Shown here piece by piece: positions 54,975 to 60,715 of a stretch of DNA of 60,715 bases. The notes below the pieces were generated by a model, which had not been told where the DNA came from, did not search any database, and saw only the letters and a program-made list of their open reading frames with translations. Position 1 is the stretch's first letter; the number at the start of each line of letters is the position of its first letter. The position numbers and the translations under genes are program-made. Source of the DNA: Girardia tigrina (taxonomy: Eukaryota); assembly GCA_001938485.1 (NCBI GenBank), contig MQRK01231964.1, forward strand, positions 1 through 60,715. Reading direction: 5' to 3'.

Positions 54975-56180
54975 TGTAGTTTCACCAGAAATAGAACAAC
55001 AAAGTTTATTTAAGTACAACATAAAATTACAACTTCTGTTTTTTTATCACTTATATAAACAAATTTAGTTTCGAATATTTAACAACATTATTACATCCCG
55101 CCAAAAATAAGGTATCCATTTCGTAATCTCTGTACCACGGTGGTTCTCTTCTCTCTCGTTCGCTTCTGCGATGTTCGTCACGATTTGTTTGGTCCATGAT
55201 CTCTTCAACACTCGATTCCTCATCAACTGCTTCACTCTCGTTTTCACTGCTTTCTAAATCATCAATAAACTCGTTTTCATGATTATTCTGATTGTCAGAT
55301 CGTTTTCTGATATCCTGAATATGTCTCGGAATTCCGTCTACTTCGTATTTGTTGTGATAATACCCCGACCCCATTGATTTGTACATCGAACATGTTGACT
55401 CGGCTTGACATACACTTTCTCTCCTACTTCGAACAATCTACAGTCGTCGCTCATCGGTTCCACGTTTATTTTTTCACCCATTATCCTCCAATTATAGTTA
55501 AATAATATATCACTTCGCGATTTAATTTCATCTTTTCTTCTTTTAGGATCTATATTATACCAATATACAGCTTCAGCAATAGCAATATTCGATCTCTCCG
55601 CTATTTTTTTATCGTACGGTGACAGCGCTCCACAATACCATTCGTACTACGTCTATGCGCACATCGATAGTCTATCTTAACACTCCATTTAATACACAAG
55701 TTTGTTTGAATTTGTAACCTGTAAAAGCTCCTCCATTGTCAACAAGGATTTCTGTGGAAGCTCCATGCTCCATAAATAATTCATCGAGAATTTTTATTAC
55801 GTCGTCGGCCCCTTCAGTTTTTACTTCTCTCTAAATAGAGAATCGACTGGGTCCACAATTAATTACTGATAAATACACTCTTTTCTTGTAATGAGTATGA
55901 TCTATAGCCAACCTTTCCCAACATTTGTCTACCGATAATGATGCCTTTTGTGTTTTTATTGGGACGGGATCAATACTGCTACACCGTTGACAGTTTCGAA
56001 CATCACTCTCAACATCCTTTTTCGACACTTCAATACCTTGTTTTTCTGCTATCAGAAAACTTTTCTCGATCCAAAAATGATGTCGCTCATGACTCTTTCT
56101 TGCATCATTTAATTTTCTCTATTGTTGAACAATACAACATTTCCTTTCTGTCCATTTTCTTGCTACTCTAGTTAAGACAT
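54975..56180 (-). mobile_element. Gypsy-type LTR retrotransposon 3' remnant: integrase plus 121-bp LTR (54975-55095)
   Basis: HHCC zinc finger (H...HFG...C..C), WERLAID, CGPSRF, ILVDNG, RRSERER..PPWYRDY. A G-rich tract precedes the TGT...ACA LTR. Confidence 0.8.
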
Positions 56181-57189
56181 TATCTATGATAAATATTGGG
56201 TTTTCAATACCTTGATGATGCAGTAGTCTTTAATTTCTTTGAGGCTGTTGGGGTTACTTTTGGTGAACTTTAAATTTTTGATATTTTTTAAAAATCATAT
56301 TTATATTTTATATAAATTAAAAATAATGTTAGACTAATTAAAAAGAAATAATCTTTTAAATAAAAAATTTAAGTTTATAGATAATATTTTTTACTAATTA
56401 AAATAAATAAGATTTTATAAAATATATATTTTATAGGTAACATTTCGACCAATTAAATTGAAANNNNNNNNNNNNNNNNNNNNNNNNNNNNNNNNNNNNN
56501 NNNNNNNNNNNNNAGTTTATAGATAATATTTTTTACTAATTAAAATAAATAAGATTTTATAAAATATATATTTTATAGGTAACATTTCGACCAATTAAAT
56601 TGAAATAATTTTTGTAAAAATTATATTTCACATTACTAATTAAAATGAAATAAGTTTTGTAAAAATTTTAGAGTAATGATAATATTTTAATTAAATTGAG
56701 ACAAATTTTTATAAAAATTAAGTTTTAAAAATTCACAATTAAAATATCATCTTCGAAGTTAAAGAATATTGTAAAGAAGATTTTGATATATTTTGTAACA
56801 CTATTTAAAATAAAATTAGAATGTTTATTGTACACGGAAAGTTTTATGAAAAAAAATAATTTAAAATGGAATGATTTAAAATTAAAGAAAATTATTTAGG
56901 AATTGAATTTTTTACAGGATATGTCGATTAAAATATTTCTAAAGATCTAAATTTATAAACATTGTAAAAAAAATAAAAAAACAGAAACAAAATAAGATTT
57001 ATGCAAAATTGAAGAAAATAACATATATATAAGAAAATTTAGATTTTTATACATCGATATTATTATTTATATTTAGAATTTTGAGATCTGGATTATGTAA
57101 TTAAAATATTGTTCCTCATAAATTTGTTTCAATAATGAAAATTGTAGTAGAAATAAAGTTTACAAAATTATGACTTCGAATTTTAATCA

Positions 57190-57570
57190 CGAACCTAATA
57201 GAGACATTGTTTAAAGTTTTCGCCATTTACTGCTCCTTCAAATATGACACTATAAATCATGCAATATTTGTTCATTGCCGCTAGTACTGAAATATTACGA
57301 CTTCTAACCACCGGAACAGTCAAAAAGGTGGGTTCTCCTCGTCTACTTCTATTAGGATTTGGACGAGTAACAACAGCAAAGCCAACTTTGTCCAAAATAT
57401 AAAGTTTCTAAAGTTCTAAACTTCTAATGCTCGAAAGTTTGCAGCATAAACTGTTCTGAGCCCAATTGTTTTAGTGTAATTTCTTCGCTCAGACACCAAC
57501 GTAACATCTTTTAGAGTGTAGTGAAACTCTCTTAAAGATTTATCCACTGCGCTTAGGTCGATTAAGTTTA
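57190..57570 (-). mobile_element. Tc1/IS630-like (DDE_3) transposase remnant
   Basis: FHYTLKDV..V..RRN, D.VGFAV, RSRNISVLAAMNK, GAVNGENF. Confidence 0.7.
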
Positions 57571-57769
57571 TTTGCAAGTAAAAAATAAATTTTAAAATTT
57601 AGTTACTTCTTTTTTACACAATGTTTTCTGTATTTATATATTTGACGAATGAGACATTTTGTGTTTGAATTTGTTATTAAATAGCCTGCAAAAATTATGA
57701 AATAGTCCATAAAACCCTATAATAAAAATATGAAAAAACTAAATAATTAAAAATAAATCGATCTCAATA

Positions 57770-58976
57770 CAGTGGCGGATTTAGATTTTGGTGCGCAGGA
57801 GGGGCGAGGAAACTTTCAAGGGGCGCCAAAAAGAATAAAGGTAGTACTATCCCTACTAATTTTAATATTGAGTAAATACTATAATATACACGATTTGTAC
57901 GCTCCTCGCTATCTTGTTCCAGTGGTAGGCAGCACCAAAAAATAACTATTAAAAATAATGAAGTTTTGTTGACCCGTCATTATTACCGACTTTTAATAAT
58001 AGTTGGGTTTACTCCAGTCGGATATATTTAATATTAATAAATGGCTGTAGTGTAGAGTGGTAACTGGAGTGTATTAACTCCCTTTGGACTTTATAGACAG
58101 ACAAAACGTGTACAAGTAGCAAGTGGAAAGTGAAATCTTAAGTCTCAGTAGTATTCTCCACTACCCAAAAATATTATGCCTGCTAGCCTACTACATCATC
58201 TATATCTTACAACACGACATGGTAATATTACAAATAGTAAAGCATCAGCAGTAACATGTTGCAGCGTACACGTTATTAATACATACGAATAAAGGCAAGA
58301 ACGTTCATATTCCATCAATGTTTTCATAAGAGCTGTTGGCGTCGATGCACTGAGACTTCTTTGCTTCGATGAGTCCGTTGATGAGCTCATAACAGGCGCT
58401 GAGTTCGTTCTTGTTAGGATTAACGAGTTTGATGAGAGTATCGACGATGCTATTGAGTATCATGTCGGCGGAATTATTATTGTTATCGTTGTTGCTGTAA
58501 CCAATGGTACCGTTACTGTTAATGTTGTTGTTCTTATTATTATTATAATCGTTGTGATTGAAATATTCATTTATTTTATTTATTTAAATGTTTATTTATT
58601 TTATTTAGAGTTAGTGGGAGAATTTCTAGTTTGCAGTTAGAAGGTATTAAGAATTAATTTGATGTGCTTTTAGTTAAGGTTGTTTTGTAAGTGTTTTTAA
58701 TAGTTGAATATGGTATTAATTGGTTTGTTTTTTTTTTGAGTTAAGAATTTGGGATTGTTAGAGTTGTTTTGTTAAAGTTAAAGATTAGAAAATGTTAGAA
58801 AATAATACATACCAAACCAATCCATTTAGTTCTTCTGCATCACAGACCTTGTGTCAGTGTTAATGATGAAACTTCATCATAATGCAGCTAATTCTTGTAC
58901 ACAAAACTACACATTTATAAAAGTCATTTTGGGGGCGCCATTTAGAATCCCACAGCTATAGCTAAGTCCGCCACTG
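57770..58976. mobile_element. hAT-type non-autonomous element with cargo
   Basis: TIRs CAGTGGCGGA(T/C)TTAG and 8-bp TSD TCTCAATA / TCTCGATA. Confidence 0.88.
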
Positions 58977-59539
58977 TCTCGATAGCTGTTCAAGTGAGTC
59001 ACTATTATTGCTACTATTAGTGTTATTATACGATGATTCCCTGACAACTGGGTAACGGGACAATATATATTCAATATCAATTGTTGCTCACATAACATAA
59101 ACATAATCAATAAACAAATAATATTTCATGTAAATTATAAGAAATAATTAATAAAAAAGGATAAATAATGAAAAATATTAAATAATTAATTAAAAAGACA
59201 TTAATAATAATTATAAATAACAAATGATATATAAATTATATAGAGATATAAGAATAAACAACAAATTAATAATTAATAAAATAAGTAAATAACATAAAAT
59301 AAATTAATGAAAATTATAAAAAAATAATCGCATCTTAATAATAAATAATATATAAATATAAGAATAAACAACAAATAACAAATTATTGGTAAATAATAAA
59401 AACAATAATAATAAATAAAATATTTTATAAAAATAATTAATGTATAATTAAAAATAAATAGCAAAAAAATCAAAAATAATTAATAATTAAAATATGAATA
59501 ATAAAAAATTAACAAAATTAATAAAAGTCAAAAAATTTT

Positions 59540-59843
59540 CGTCAAAATATATTGTTATTAATTTCGACGGATCAACCGTCATCATCAGACTGAATTAACA
59601 ATGATATACTCGCGTTTATATATCAAAGCAATGTTTATGTAATCATTATGTTATTTAAATCATGAAAATACTTTCAATAAAGTTGAAGAGGACATTGGTG
59701 TTTGGACATTGATTTTAGGATCACAAGATTTGATCAACAATGCTTCACACATCACCCTCTCCCAGTAATTATCAAATTGTGAACACAAAATCTTAAAATT
59801 ACTTACGTCAACTTTACTATTCAAACAGTTCTTCTTATGTTGA
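59540..59843 (-). mobile_element. Penelope 3' end, copy 1 of a tandem pair
   Basis: FKILCSQFDNYWERVMCEALLIKSCDPKINVQ followed by a hammerhead. Confidence 0.9.
59554..59590 (-). ncRNA. Minimal hammerhead ribozyme with intact core
   Basis: GT CTGATGA T GACGG TTGAT CCGTC GAAA TTAA TA AC. Perfect 5-bp stem II and palindrome ATTAAT. Confidence 0.8.
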
Positions 59844-59893
59844 NNNNNNNNNNNNNNNNNNNNNNNNNNNNNNNNNNNNNNNNNNNNNNNNNN

Positions 59894-60037
59894 AGCCTCC
59901 CTGGACGTTGGCTGGGATGTATTGAGCACAATGGCGACTACTTTTCGCATTTGCGTGACGCGGACGATTGATCAAATATTTTATATTTTATTGTATTTTG
60001 GTGTCTTTTTTGTGACAAAACTTATGAGGCAACCCTA
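59894..60037 (+). mobile_element. Tc1/mariner 3' end with TIR inserted at TA
   Basis: SLPGRWLGCIEHNGDYFSHL, then AAAACTTATGAGGCAACCCTA|TA. Confidence 0.65.
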
Positions 60038-60600
60038 TATATCAAAGCAATGTTTATGTAATCATTATGTCATTTAAATCATGAAAATACTTTCCATAAA
60101 GTTCTAGAGGACATTGGTGTTTGTAGTCTGATTTTAGGATCAAAAGATTTGATCAACAATGCTTCACACATCACCCTCTCCCAGTAATTATCAAATTGTG
60201 AACACAAAATCATAAAATTACTTACACCAACTTTACTATTCAAGCAGTTCTTCTTATGTTGAGCAATATTGCTATCACTTTCCCTGCGATTATGTTTCTG
60301 AATCCGTTGACAGAGATGACGACAAGTCTCTCAGATGTATGTGGCGTCACACCCATTACATTTATATTGATAAACTAAATTGGAACATAACCCAGTTGGA
60401 GTGATAGATTTACTACTAAACAAACTTCCTATCTCACATGATCTAGATACAATTTTTAAATTTAATAAATTATTTTCATCATGTTTCAAAATAGAGTTTT
60501 TGTATTTCCTGAAACCCTCACAGCAGGGAACAGTGAAAACAAATCCAATATTATCATATTTATTATTTATCTGATTTTTGTTTTTGTCGCCATTTATTGT
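60036..60600 (-). mobile_element. Penelope 3' part, copy 2 (GIY-YIG)
   Basis: NLVYQYKCNGCDATYI*ETCRHLCQRIQKH. Diverged duplicate of 59617-59843. Confidence 0.9.
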
Positions 60601-60715
60601 ACAGTGCGTTCAAAAAGTAACTGTGCATCTGCAATTTCAAAACAAGAACGATATCCTGTGTTCTAAAAATCAATAACAAAATATTTTGAATAGTCAATTT
60701 TATGTGAAGAACAAT

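Noticed and set aside
56371-56605. Exact ~90-bp direct repeat
   Set aside because: Same gap-flanking artefact.
59150-59530. Quasi-periodic AT-rich repeats / short ORF
   Set aside because: Low-complexity DNA with no repeat-spacer structure, so not a CRISPR array or a gene.

Overview
AT-rich eukaryotic (metazoan) draft scaffold with N gaps. It is almost entirely a nested transposon graveyard. The composition, a 60-nt intron and the TE spectrum would fit a flatworm such as a planarian, but that is inference only. Retroelements: the 3' end of an RLE-type non-LTR element, about 12 Penelope-like (GIY-YIG) 3' fragments carrying about 10 minimal hammerhead ribozyme motifs, RTE-like LINE remnants and a Gypsy integrase with a short LTR. 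DNA transposons: piggyBac with an intron, pogo, Chapaev3 with a nested mariner, several mariner/Tc1 copies, hAT/Buster, MULE, DINE/Helentron-like repeats and many MITEs. Host-like sequence is limited to one large S/P/N-rich exon on the - strand (44843-45896) and an intronless RBMX2/Snu17 pseudogene. The most notable observations are a pogo transposon with a C-terminal OTU-fold-like (pseudo-deubiquitinase) region inside its TIRs, subfamily-specific palindromes in the Penelope hammerheads, and an RBMX2-Penelope chimera.
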